Origin: an uncultured cyanobacterium
GTDB taxonomy: Bacteria > Cyanobacteriota > Cyanobacteriia > Cyanobacteriales > CAWCAG01
DNA: 64,000 nucleotides
Direction of reading: 5' to 3'
Assembly: GCA_963803805.1 (NCBI GenBank)
Contig: CAWDOD010000001.1
Location: forward strand, 64,001 to 128,000
Each line of letters starts with the position of its first letter. Within the stretch, counting starts at the first letter, position 1. Shown piece by piece: positions 30,211-39,346 of this stretch. The notes under the pieces were generated by a model that was not told the DNA's origin, made no database searches, and was given only the letters and a program-made list of their open reading frames with translations. A program made the translations under genes and the position numbers.

Positions 30211-31233
30211 TTATAACTTTTCTAGGTACTTTTCAACTAAAGGAGGGTACGTTTTTAGAAGAGCAAATGGTAATTTTTTTCCTTTATAAGCTGGATGGCT
30301 TTTACCTGACTGTATTTCTCTCGAAGTAGCTACATCAGGTAGTGTTTGGTATAGTTGCGGAAAGAACTCTGACTTTAAAATGGTAGGTATAGAGTTAAGA
30401 ACCTCCTTTCTAGTAATTGTCTTTCTAAACCATCTCCTTGGGCTAGATAATTCAATTAGATTGAGACACATTAATTGAATTAGATAAGGATGGCCAGCAG
30501 TTTGACGAATTATTTCTTCTACGGCTGCGGGTTCGTAAACCTTACTAGGAAAGTCAAGAGTGGGATTCTCTATCAACTCACGAGACTCTGCTTTCTCTAA
30601 GTAAGGAAGGTGGAGATACTCTGTACTAATTAAACAGTCGCTCCAGTGATAGGGAAGCTGTTCAAAAGTTTGGGAACTGGTAAAGAACAATTGCCATTTC
30701 GCACGATGTTGGATTAGATAGCGAAATAGACCAAGTATGGCTGTAATATTTTTTCTTTTCGTTAGTTTTTCAAGGTATTCAACATCATCTAAACAGAGAA
30801 GAAAGCGTTTACTAGGAAAAGCTTTTTCTATTGCCATAAACCAGCTTTGCATGGCAAGGAATGGTTCACGTGAGAGGTTTTCTTCATCTGGTTTTGGTAG
30901 TTCGTAGTTGAATGGTTTTGGTAATTCGTAGCTAGATGCAGTAATTTTATTTATGAAATATTTTACTAACTCTAAGGAATTTTCAATTTTTACTGTCTTA
31001 TCAAGTTTGAAACTTGAGATTAATGGAATAACTTCAAGGCTCAAACTTCGAGGCAAATGATTTAGTAAAGATGTTTTACCAACACCTTTAATACCGTGTA
31101 TGAAGTAGCTCATTGGAGGAATAAGCTTATGTTCAGTAGTTAGCCTTTTAAGTATTTCTCTCCTACCTTTGAATAAGTGAGAGTTGGAGTTTAAAGTTAA
31201 GGCTTCTTCGGTGTAATATGCTGTTGTTTTCAT
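30211..31233 (-). CDS. STAND-like ATPase
   Basis: FKGRR, GIKGVGKTS, CLDDVE, QTAGHPYLIQL. Confidence 0.8.
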   Translation of the reverse strand: MKTTAYYTEEALTLNSNSHLFKGRREILKRLTTEHKLIPPMSYFIHGIKGVGKTSLLNHLPRSLSLEVIPLISSFKLDKTVKIENSLELVKYFINKITASSYELPKPFNYELPKPDEENLSREPFLAMQSWFMAIEKAFPSKRFLLCLDDVEYLEKLTKRKNITAILGLFRYLIQHRAKWQLFFTSSQTFEQLPYHWSDCLISTEYLHLPYLEKAESRELIENPTLDFPSKVYEPAAVEEIIRQTAGHPYLIQLMCLNLIELSSPRRWFRKTITRKEVLNSIPTILKSEFFPQLYQTLPDVATSREIQSGKSHPAYKGKKLPFALLKTYPPLVEKYLEKL

Positions 31234-31344
31234 TAGACATCTCCAGAAAAGAGGGAACAGGGAACGGGGAACGGGGAACAGAGGAGAATAATTGACGATT
31301 TCGGTATGAGAATTGATTCTGTTTTTAATTCTTGGAGATGTCTA
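31234..31344. mobile_element. 111-bp MITE-like element with terminal inverted repeats and internal heptamer repeats
   Basis: TAGACATCTCCA ... TGGAGATGTCTA; internal GGGAAC(A/G) tandem copies; TA at both ends. Confidence 0.75.
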
Positions 31345-31518
31345 TTAGTATAAAACTCTGATTATTTCTACTTTTCCTTCTTCGTTAACAAAGATGGAGG
31401 TTTGAGTTGCCCATGAAAAGGCTAATACTATTACCAAGGTTGTTGTGATACCGAATATAGTCCCTGCAAGGAAACTATGTAGATGGGAAGAGCTAGAGCT
31501 TGTGTTTTTGCTTTCCAT
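31345..31518 (-). CDS. Small single-TM protein (57 aa)
   Basis: MESKNTSSSSSHLHSFLAGTIFGITTTLVIVLAFSWA...LY*. Confidence 0.5.
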   Translation of the reverse strand: MESKNTSSSSSHLHSFLAGTIFGITTTLVIVLAFSWATQTSIFVNEEGKVEIIRVLY

Positions 31519-31560
31519 GATTAAAATGGTATTAGGTTATCTTGTTGGAAGTGAAAGAAG

Positions 31561-31782
31561 ATGGAACTTTGGTTTTACCAGATACACTTAGAATTGTTAG
31601 ATAAGGTAAGTTGTTATATTTATAAGCCAAGCGGTGATCCTCAAAAACTAACGAAAGAAATTATTGAAAAACACCCTGATAAAACCTTTGTCATATCAGC
31701 AAGAACAGAGGAGAAAGCTAAAGAGTTTCTTGAAAACATTATTAAACCTCAATTGCAAGAATATTTTGTGCAAGGTGGATAA
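31561..31782 (+). CDS. Hypothetical protein
   Basis: 73-aa ORF with natural composition. Confidence 0.55.
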   Translation: MELWFYQIHLELLDKVSCYIYKPSGDPQKLTKEIIEKHPDKTFVISARTEEKAKEFLENIIKPQLQEYFVQGG

Positions 31783-31789
31783 ATTAAGG

Positions 31790-32569
31790 TTAGGTTGTTT
31801 CAGTAAAAGAGGGAAGTATTCTTAGTTCTTTCATACAATTGCTTAGTATCGATGCAATACGCTTGGTTTCTTTATTATTGTGTTCTGATTTGGCTTTGTC
31901 AGTAATACGGATTAAGAAGTTGCTAGGGTCACTACGCAGTGATCCAAGGGCAAAAGGAAAAGCTTTCTCCCATTCTGGTTTGTTTATATGTTCGTCTATT
32001 ACTTGGTCAACAAGCTTGTTTTCGGCTATATATCTACCAGTAAAATAATGTTGCAAGGTAGGATCTATGAAGGAATAGCCAGAGGGAGTATTAATGAGTA
32101 TTCCTTGATAATCTTCAAAGAGATTAAGAATATCTCCTGCTTCTAAATTAGGAAAGTTGAGGTTTTGCTCTATTGAGCTATTGATTATTGCTATAACTTC
32201 ATTTTTTGGTAAAGTTACTGTTGCATTTAGAGTATATTTGTAAGCTAACTCTGATAAAAGTAGCATTTCTAATTCAGGGTATATATTTCTAAGTTCAGTA
32301 GGATGTAACTGCCTATAGTCGAGTTTGTGTAATAGTAAGTATAAAGCTTCTTCATATATTAAAGAGTCGCTTTTATAAGTTGAATTAAAGTCGGTTGGTG
32401 AAATTGAAGTGTGTTCACAAACATAACAGCGCAAGACTGAATTGAAGTAGCTTTTAGGATTAAGTAAATCCTGAACACAATCGCCGTTCCCCATTGCAGT
32501 TAGTATTGGCTTGAAAGCTGCTGTGTCTGTTTGAAGTAATTTTTTGAGATTGGATTGTTGTTTAATCAT
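31790..32569 (-). CDS. Stand-alone NACHT-associated (post-NTPase helical / winged-helix) fragment
   Basis: GILINTPSGYSFIDPTLQHYFTGRYI resembles NACHT C-terminal F.H.TLQEYFTA motif; no P-loop. Confidence 0.55.
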   Translation of the reverse strand: MIKQQSNLKKLLQTDTAAFKPILTAMGNGDCVQDLLNPKSYFNSVLRCYVCEHTSISPTDFNSTYKSDSLIYEEALYLLLHKLDYRQLHPTELRNIYPELEMLLLSELAYKYTLNATVTLPKNEVIAIINSSIEQNLNFPNLEAGDILNLFEDYQGILINTPSGYSFIDPTLQHYFTGRYIAENKLVDQVIDEHINKPEWEKAFPFALGSLRSDPSNFLIRITDKAKSEHNNKETKRIASILSNCMKELRILPSFTETT

Positions 32570-32576
32570 TTTGTAC

Positions 32577-33035
32577 CTAAATTGTATTAATATTTAACTT
32601 AGCTATTTTTGTATTTTGGAGAAGATCGCTTAGACTTTTACATAAACTTTCTGGAATAACGATACCACTTTCTTCAAACTCAAAAGTTTTTGAAGAAAGG
32701 TAAAAATATACATAGAAATTATAAATTTCCCCTAAGCAGTGCTTTTCATGTATTGATTTCCCTAACTCTTCTATAAGTAAAATAGCTGCTTTTTCTAAAA
32801 ACTTAAGATAGCCATTTTCTCCATATGGAAAACAAGGTTCAGTTTCCCAGCGAATTTGTACTGTAATTACTGCTACTTCTGGTTCTTTTCCTAATAGCTT
32901 TAGTATCCAGTTTAGTAAAAACTTCCCTTCATAGTACCAACTATCAAGATCACCAGCTAGCTTATAAACGCCTGGATGAACACGTCCTCCAATGTATCTT
33001 TTCCAACCTTTGTGTCTAAGTTTCATAATTGACAA
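32577..33035 (-). CDS. Hypothetical protein
   Basis: 152-aa ORF directly downstream of rep. Confidence 0.55.
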   Translation of the reverse strand: MSIMKLRHKGWKRYIGGRVHPGVYKLAGDLDSWYYEGKFLLNWILKLLGKEPEVAVITVQIRWETEPCFPYGENGYLKFLEKAAILLIEELGKSIHEKHCLGEIYNFYVYFYLSSKTFEFEESGIVIPESLCKSLSDLLQNTKIAKLNINTI

Positions 33036-33047
33036 ATTGATAAAAGG

Positions 33048-36000
33048 TCAAATCGCTGCAACCCACTGTCTGATTAAGGCTTGCTTGCTCTTAGTTAGTA
33101 ATTTGCAAGCTTGGTTGAGCTTCTTCCTTGTAAAGGTAGCTGCTAACTTCCCGTTGGAGTAGAGAGAGTTTTTTAAGTCTTCTGGGGAGTAGCAGTTGCT
33201 CAATAAATTTGTAGCAGCCTCAACTTCCGGGACTAGCAATCTCGCTATTTGTGGTACTTCGTAATATTGGTTAAAGAACATAGCAGACTGTTCTGGATGA
33301 AGTTCTAATTGCTCGAAAATAAGGAGATATCTAGAATCTAACTCTAATGTTGCTAGTAGTCTAGCTATCTTCTCAGTATCTCCTGAATCAATAGCTTGCA
33401 GGAAAGACTTGATGGTTATTTTAGAAGAATTTTCTGGTTGTGTAACCAGTGATTCTTCGGGTTGTTGAGTTTGTAGCAACACTTGTATAGCAGGGGATTG
33501 CAGATACTCGTTACAAAACAGCTTTGCAGCCTCTGGAAACTCATCAAGCTGACCATAGACTAGTTGCCATCTTTGTTCAATCTTAAGCCCTTTCAGGAAG
33601 CTACAAACTGCTTCTAAGCTTTTGTTGATAGCTGATATAAAGTTCTCTAAAAGAGCTTGCTGTTGTTGTTCGATTTCTTTTTGGAGTTTTTCTTCATCTC
33701 TCTTCAACCAGAATGCAAACACTTCTTCTCTTTCATCCCAGATAGGAATTGCATTGCCTTCTTCATCAAAAACTGGTTTGTTGTCTTCGTCTTTCTCCCA
33801 ACTGGGCATTACTGGGCCGTAGATTCTTACTTGCTTGCCTCTACCTCCTTCTTTCCCTAGCAAGGGGACATCTAGTCCAACTAACTTAAGTAGTTGTTTA
33901 AATATGGTTACTGGAGAGGAATTGGGATTGATGGTAACGCCTAACCATTCTTTGATTGCTGGGGCTTTTTCTATACAGACTTGCTGGAACTGAATTAGAT
34001 CAGGGTCATCGTTACGGTGCATCTGTTTTTTGGCAAAGCGAAGTTTGGTAAAGCCGATTTCATCTAAACCTAAAACTTTGGCCCATTTCTGGCTTTTATT
34101 TAAGTCGGGGGAGAAGTACTGCCCCTCAAATATTTGTGCCTGGGCGCTTCTTCTTGATTTGTGGGGTAAATGGGCGCGTCCAGCTTCTAGTTGGTAGTCA
34201 AGGTTCCAAAGCTTGTATAAGCCGGCCTCATCACGTTCTACTAAATCTGCCGTAACTGGTAAGCCGTATTTGAGCTTGATTATGCCTTTTTTTAGCTCCT
34301 TCTGTTCTTGGGGTGTTCTGGTTTGTTGATCTTGCAGGGTCTGTATTTCTTCTTCATTTTTATCGTTTGCACCCTCAACCCCCCGGCAATACCTTTGGTA
34401 GTTGGAGTTTCTGATTGTTTTAATTTCGGATTTTTTATTTTTGGCCGTTGCAGAATCATTCTCAACTTCTATAACTTCGTATCCTTCCTCTTTAATGCCG
34501 ATGAGAACTGATTCTCTGTAGGTAGACATTTCTAAGTTTATTAGCGCCGCCATTCGACACCAGGTTTGGAGCGCTGCGGGACAAACTTCTATTAGTTCTT
34601 CATCGTCGAAGAATGCTCCAGATTGAATGAGTAAGTTTAGGTGCTGCTTGGTTTTGTTTTGCTGGCTAGCATAGAGTGATTTACTGCTGGTTGAGCCATT
34701 ACCAACTTTTTTAGAACCAGTTTTACTAGACCAAAAATAGCGAGGAACATTCTCTCTTACTCTTCTCAAAGACTGCCTAACACTATTTTCTGTCTGGACT
34801 CCGTAGGCTATGCCCCAAACACTATCAAAGTGACCCCTAACATCGAAACTTATCCCTGTCTCGATAATTGGGGAAGCGACGACAATATCGTACTGGGGTA
34901 GGATTTCGTTGAGGTTAGCCATACTACCATAGGCCGCATGGTTGGGATCTGCTAGGGTATCTTTGTCTATACGGAGGATTGAATACTGCCTCTTTTTAAA
35001 ATTGTGTAGAAGTAAACAACCAAGCAGAATACTTTTTTGCATCGCTAACCAAATAATTGGTAACTCATTATTTTGCGATCGCAGGCTTAGTAATTTGGTT
35101 TCTAAAGTTTGGGTTCCCCAGGCTGATTTGGCTTGTTGCCCACTTAGGCAGATGAAGGCTTTACCTCCATTTAGTACGTGTTTTTCCAGATCATTTATCA
35201 GATGACCAGGATTATTTTCTGTGTAGTTGTAAAGTTTTGTTTTCTTCTTTCTCTGGTCATCGGCTACGATGGTGAGAGTTTTAACTTTATGTCCGATGAT
35301 TTTTTGGTAGAAATTAACGGTCATGTCGTTGAGATCGGCACTGATGAGGATGACTTTGCCTCCAGTGGCAATGATGTAACGAATTATCTCTTTAAGTCTT
35401 TGGAGAATTGGGACACGTTTTTTTCTTACTTCTGTATTGGCATTTAGTAGATGCCAGAGGCTTTGATCTGCTTCATCTAAAAGCAACCAACAGCCATGAA
35501 GCGACTCTAATTCTTCTTCATTCCTAGCTACTTTGAGTAAAGAATCGTAACAAAGAACTTTGCCAAAACAACCTTCGTATTCGTCGGCTTCTTTTTCATT
35601 AACATTCATTAAGGAAAAGCGGTTAGCTTGGGCATTATTGAGAGTTTGGCGGTGGGTGAGGCTAATGGTTTTACCACCGTTTTGCTGGTGTTGAGCAATT
35701 TTTTCCGCTACCGATTCGGTTTTTCCGGCCCCTTTAGGAGCGCGGAGGAGAATTAGTTGGTTGTCGGCGAAGTCGGTTAAATCTCCTAAGTAGGGAGATT
35801 TGTCAGTTAAGCGGATGACTTGATCTGGTTTCTTGGAGAGGCGTTTTTTGTAGTTTAACCAGAATGAGTGTAGGGATTGAGCAGAATCAACTACTAATTC
35901 AAAGGTTTCTGCCCCTACGTTATAGATAAAGTCGTCACAACCTTTACCGAACTTATTGTCCCAGTTCGTAACAAAAACGTCACAACCTTCTTTTTTAAAG

Positions 36001-36731
36001 AGTCTTCCGGTTTTACGAGTTGCGATCGCGACGTTTTTGATGGTTTTTTGCTTTGTATCCTCATCGAAAGCGAAGATGATTTTTCTACCTTTGGTGGCGA
36101 ATATTTCTAAGTCGGGGATAAGCTTTGCTTTACCAATTTTCTGCCCTAAGTCATCTTTGGGAGCGCGGTAGCCTCCGTAGATGCCGGGAAGCCCTATTGC
36201 TGCGTAGCCTTGGGAGATTAAACAGGCGGTTTTTTTGGCCGCTTCTGTAATGGTGAGGGGGACTTGGGATTTAATTACCCATCTCCAAAAACCTAGTGCT
36301 TGTCCCTCTACTACTTTGATATTTTCCGGGAGGGGTCGGTCGTAGCGGGCCGCGACCATTTTCCAAATTTTTAGGGACACCTTGGGGCAGAATATCCTTG
36401 TTGGAGTTTTGGGAGGATGTTCGTATTTTATTTGTTTTCTTTTACCGTATTCGACCCAGGAACGGGGGTGATCTGGTTTGAAACAACCCCAAGTCATCTC
36501 ATGGTGGGTCAAAGGATCTACTCCATTAAACCAAAAGCCACCTTTTTCAGTGTGGGCATATTTGGTTAGGTAGTGTCTTCTTACCCTACCGTCGTTACGA
36601 CGTTCTGATCTGGGTAGAGAACCAAGCAGCGCATCGAGAGCGGCGGCTCCTTCTAAGGAGTGGAAATTTAATGAGGCGATCTCTGGGGCGATCGCACTTT
36701 TTAGTAGTTCTTCTTGATGCTCTGATTTCAT
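33048..36731 (-). CDS. Cyanobacterial plasmid replication protein (DUF3854 primase-like domain plus SF2-like helicase; CyRepA1 type)
   Basis: KYEHPPK, ITEAAKKTACLISQGYAAIGLPGI, AFDED, KGCDD; APKGAGKT, LLDEAD, SPIIETGISFD, QSLRRVR. Confidence 0.9.
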   Translation of the reverse strand: MKSEHQEELLKSAIAPEIASLNFHSLEGAAALDALLGSLPRSERRNDGRVRRHYLTKYAHTEKGGFWFNGVDPLTHHEMTWGCFKPDHPRSWVEYGKRKQIKYEHPPKTPTRIFCPKVSLKIWKMVAARYDRPLPENIKVVEGQALGFWRWVIKSQVPLTITEAAKKTACLISQGYAAIGLPGIYGGYRAPKDDLGQKIGKAKLIPDLEIFATKGRKIIFAFDEDTKQKTIKNVAIATRKTGRLFKKEGCDVFVTNWDNKFGKGCDDFIYNVGAETFELVVDSAQSLHSFWLNYKKRLSKKPDQVIRLTDKSPYLGDLTDFADNQLILLRAPKGAGKTESVAEKIAQHQQNGGKTISLTHRQTLNNAQANRFSLMNVNEKEADEYEGCFGKVLCYDSLLKVARNEEELESLHGCWLLLDEADQSLWHLLNANTEVRKKRVPILQRLKEIIRYIIATGGKVILISADLNDMTVNFYQKIIGHKVKTLTIVADDQRKKKTKLYNYTENNPGHLINDLEKHVLNGGKAFICLSGQQAKSAWGTQTLETKLLSLRSQNNELPIIWLAMQKSILLGCLLLHNFKKRQYSILRIDKDTLADPNHAAYGSMANLNEILPQYDIVVASPIIETGISFDVRGHFDSVWGIAYGVQTENSVRQSLRRVRENVPRYFWSSKTGSKKVGNGSTSSKSLYASQQNKTKQHLNLLIQSGAFFDDEELIEVCPAALQTWCRMAALINLEMSTYRESVLIGIKEEGYEVIEVENDSATAKNKKSEIKTIRNSNYQRYCRGVEGANDKNEEEIQTLQDQQTRTPQEQKELKKGIIKLKYGLPVTADLVERDEAGLYKLWNLDYQLEAGRAHLPHKSRRSAQAQIFEGQYFSPDLNKSQKWAKVLGLDEIGFTKLRFAKKQMHRNDDPDLIQFQQVCIEKAPAIKEWLGVTINPNSSPVTIFKQLLKLVGLDVPLLGKEGGRGKQVRIYGPVMPSWEKDEDNKPVFDEEGNAIPIWDEREEVFAFWLKRDEEKLQKEIEQQQQALLENFISAINKSLEAVCSFLKGLKIEQRWQLVYGQLDEFPEAAKLFCNEYLQSPAIQVLLQTQQPEESLVTQPENSSKITIKSFLQAIDSGDTEKIARLLATLELDSRYLLIFEQLELHPEQSAMFFNQYYEVPQIARLLVPEVEAATNLLSNCYSPEDLKNSLYSNGKLAATFTRKKLNQACKLLTKSKQALIRQWVAAI

Positions 36732-36820
36732 CTTAGGATTACCTTTTTGGGTGGTAGTCCTTAAGCTCAGTTTTTGAAAAACGCTATCTCGATTTCATCC
36801 GGAGATTATCACTTAACAAG

Positions 36821-36850
36821 TTGACAAATTCCGGAATTTGTCATTAATAT
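36821..36850 (+). promoter_or_regulatory. Sigma70-type promoter overlapped by a perfect 22-bp palindrome
   Basis: TTGACA at 36821, TAATAT at 36845; TGACAAATTCC-GGAATTTGTCA at 36822-36843. Confidence 0.65.
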
Positions 36851-36855
36851 AAGAA

Positions 36856-37075
36856 TTAACAAACAAGTTTAGAAAAACAGGTGTTGGCAAATACAAAAGT
36901 TTTCTATTCTTGAAGTTGGAAATCGAGTACCGTATTACTTACTCCTTAAGGACTAGCTTAAACAGTTGTGACATCCTGCTTAAGTAGAAAGTCATAGTGA
37001 TATCGTTACTGATATATGATTCCGAACCGAACCCGTCTCTTTAACTAGGGGCGGGTTTTGTTCGGTTTTCTTTTT
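36856..37075 (+). ncRNA. Putative ~210-nt counter-transcribed RNA upstream of rep
   Basis: ORF-free stretch bounded by the promoter above and a + strand intrinsic terminator. Confidence 0.45.
37030..37075 (+). terminator. Rho-independent terminator
   Basis: AACCCGTCTCT-ttaact-AGGGGCGGGTT; the two G-U pairs form only on the + strand; T-rich tail follows. Confidence 0.75.
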
Positions 37076-37441
37076 AAGTGTTTTGGTTGGCATCTTCCCA
37101 GTTATCAAAAATTGGGGATTCTCTAGCTAAGAAAGATAACAATCTCGCGTCAACTTCAACTGGAGTTGGCGAGTCACAAAATTGCTGCTTCTCTATGGTA
37201 GAGATAACTAACTCCACAGCCGCCTCTCGTTCGGTGTGACCAACGGCAATGGCCCCACGAACGTAACGACAACAGATTTGTATGGTTTAAAGTCTCAGGG
37301 GATACCCCGCGACTGAAGTTTTTAGGTTGTTTTGGGTGACATCAAAACGCATAAGGCAAGGATACACCATAAGTTACCAAGATTGCCAACTATTATTTGT
37401 CCAAATAATTAATTATTTACTCCAAAAAGGTAATTTTTCCT

Positions 37442-37768
37442 TCAATCGAGCGCATTACTAATAGCTTTTCCCAAGCTGTTCAGGGTACGATCACGAACAA
37501 AATCTGCTGCTGCTCTAGCACTCTCTGCCAGAATTGTATCTGTGTTAGGGGTTAGTTTGAGAGCGCTCCCTAAGTACCCTAAAGATTTGCAATAACAATC
37601 TGATAGGTTTGTTGAAGAAAGTCGTTTTACTACCCCATAATCGCCAGAATGGAACGCTTTGAGGGCTTTCTGGTGTAAATCTGTTTCTGGTTTTCCTAGT
37701 GTTTCAAGAATTGCATTAACAGCTTGTTGAACTCGTTCTTTAGTTAGTTCAGGTGTTGTTGTAATCAT
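37442..37768 (-). CDS. Hypothetical helical protein
   Basis: 108-aa ORF co-oriented with 37782..38333. Confidence 0.7.
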   Translation of the reverse strand: MITTTPELTKERVQQAVNAILETLGKPETDLHQKALKAFHSGDYGVVKRLSSTNLSDCYCKSLGYLGSALKLTPNTDTILAESARAAADFVRDRTLNSLGKAISNALD

Positions 37769-37781
37769 TTTTGAGAGTATC

Positions 37782-38333
37782 CTATTGCTGATAGTCGTTT
37801 AATTTGTCCCTAGCTATTTGGGGGAAATAAGCAGATTCCCAGTTATCAGCTAAATGGGAACGAATTATTCTACCTACTATTTGGGGATAGGAATCGCGAT
37901 AGATAATATGGGCTACCCTTAGTAGCACAAAGTTGTAGCGCGATAGCTTGATAGTGTTATATCCCCTTCTGTACTGTGAATCTTTCGGAAGAGGTGGGAT
38001 AGAGTCAATTGGTGATCTTCCGAAGTCTGGGAATTTATTCCCGTAGGGGGGCAAATCGTCTTCAGACTTGTCTCTAAGAGTAGTGAAATGCTTTGATGTA
38101 GTTATTCCTCTGGCTTTAGCATCAAGAATTCCCGCTCTGACATAGTAGTCGCGGTAACGCCTGAAGAATCCCTGTAGACAATTTTTTACAATTGAACTCT
38201 TGTCGTAATCTAGCTCTTCACAAGCCAGCATTAGTTTTTCCCAATCTTCGTCCAAAACAAGAACGTGACTGATCCTTAGTTCCTTGATCACAGTTTCATT
38301 GCAATAGCAGGTATTATGTCTCAATTTTCGCAT
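37782..38333 (-). CDS. Hypothetical protein with two RHH-like segments
   Basis: HVLVLDEDWEKL...DKSSIVKNCL and YNTIKLSRYNFVLL...SYPQIVGRII strand-helix-helix patterns. Confidence 0.6.
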   Translation of the reverse strand: MRKLRHNTCYCNETVIKELRISHVLVLDEDWEKLMLACEELDYDKSSIVKNCLQGFFRRYRDYYVRAGILDAKARGITTSKHFTTLRDKSEDDLPPYGNKFPDFGRSPIDSIPPLPKDSQYRRGYNTIKLSRYNFVLLRVAHIIYRDSYPQIVGRIIRSHLADNWESAYFPQIARDKLNDYQQ

Positions 38334-38487
38334 GAGTAGGTAACTACTGTAACATTTTAGTGTCTTTTTAAGCTACTAAAATGAATTACTTTTTCATCTT
38401 TGTGAAAGATTATGCTATAAGAAGAAGGCGAACAAAATTGGCAGCCAACAATTCAACCAAAATGGTAGCCAATAAAGGTGACACAAA

Positions 38488-38673
38488 ATGGCTAAAAACT
38501 TTACAGAGACAGGATTAAACAACATGGAAACTACAGATTACCAAGATAAAAACGAGGCAGAGGTGGCTACCACCTTTACCAAAAAAGAGTTAATCGCCAA
38601 ACTTGGCAGGTCAGATAGATGTGTCAGGGGATGGATCAAAACCGTAAAAGATGCTTATTCCTTCAAGCTGTGA
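38488..38673 (+). pseudogene. Truncated paralog (HTH part only) of 39347..40099
   Basis: METTDYQDKNEAEVATTFTKK..LGRSDRCVRGWIK near-identical, then early stop. Confidence 0.7.
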
Positions 38674-38808
38674 TCTCATTATGTTAAGCAAACTAGTGAT
38701 TACAGGTCGCAAATTGAGGTACATCAGTCAGTAAGGAGGACACAGGATGGTCAAAAGCTTTATGGAAATAGGATTTTAAAATATGGCATTAGAAGTTCTT
38801 GTAACTTA

Positions 38809-39129
38809 TTATTCATCCTCATCTTCATCTTCAAACCTAGTACGATGGCTGCGACTAGCCTCTTCGTAATAATCCCGAATTCCAGATATTACTTCTTGCT
38901 CACTTATACCTAAAGATTCAGCTTTCCTTCTAATAGCTTCTTCTGTGACTTCAGCATTAGCACGAAGCCATTCCAACAAAGCTGATTGTAGGATGTCTGC
39001 TTTGGTGAGTCCTAATATTCCACCAGAAACCATGACTTGATGATAAAGCTCGCGAGAAATAGAACCACGCATCTGCTGTTTGCTGGTTGTAATGACCTTT
39101 TCAGTCTTCTTGCTGCCTTTTTTTGCCAT
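38809..39129 (-). CDS. Ribbon-helix-helix regulator
   Basis: QQMRGSISRELYHQV...LTKADILQSALLEWL; divergent from the 39347 operon. Confidence 0.65.
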   Translation of the reverse strand: MAKKGSKKTEKVITTSKQQMRGSISRELYHQVMVSGGILGLTKADILQSALLEWLRANAEVTEEAIRRKAESLGISEQEVISGIRDYYEEASRSHRTRFEDEDEDE

Positions 39130-39199
39130 TTCCTATTAACTGCATTGCTTGCTCTCTTACATATCATACCGCCCTTAAATGATTTGTAGATTCTGTTTG

Positions 39200-39249
39200 A
39201 GTACTCAGCAAGTACTTGATGAATATTTGCTGAGTACTTGACAAGTACT
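39200..39249. promoter_or_regulatory. Phased operator array: five palindromic hexamers at 11-bp period
   Basis: AGTACT at 39200, 39211, 39233, 39244 and AATATT at 39222. Confidence 0.75.
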
Positions 39250-39346
39250 TAGGGAAGCGATACTTTAAAAAAAAGCTGGCTACCACGATGGCAATAGTGG
39301 CAGCCAACAATTCAACCAAAATGGTAGCCAATAAAGGTGACACAAA

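Noticed and set aside
37074-37290. Open minus-strand frame of about 70 codons upstream of rep
   Set aside because: No convincing start codon or RBS; could be a leader peptide but unsupported
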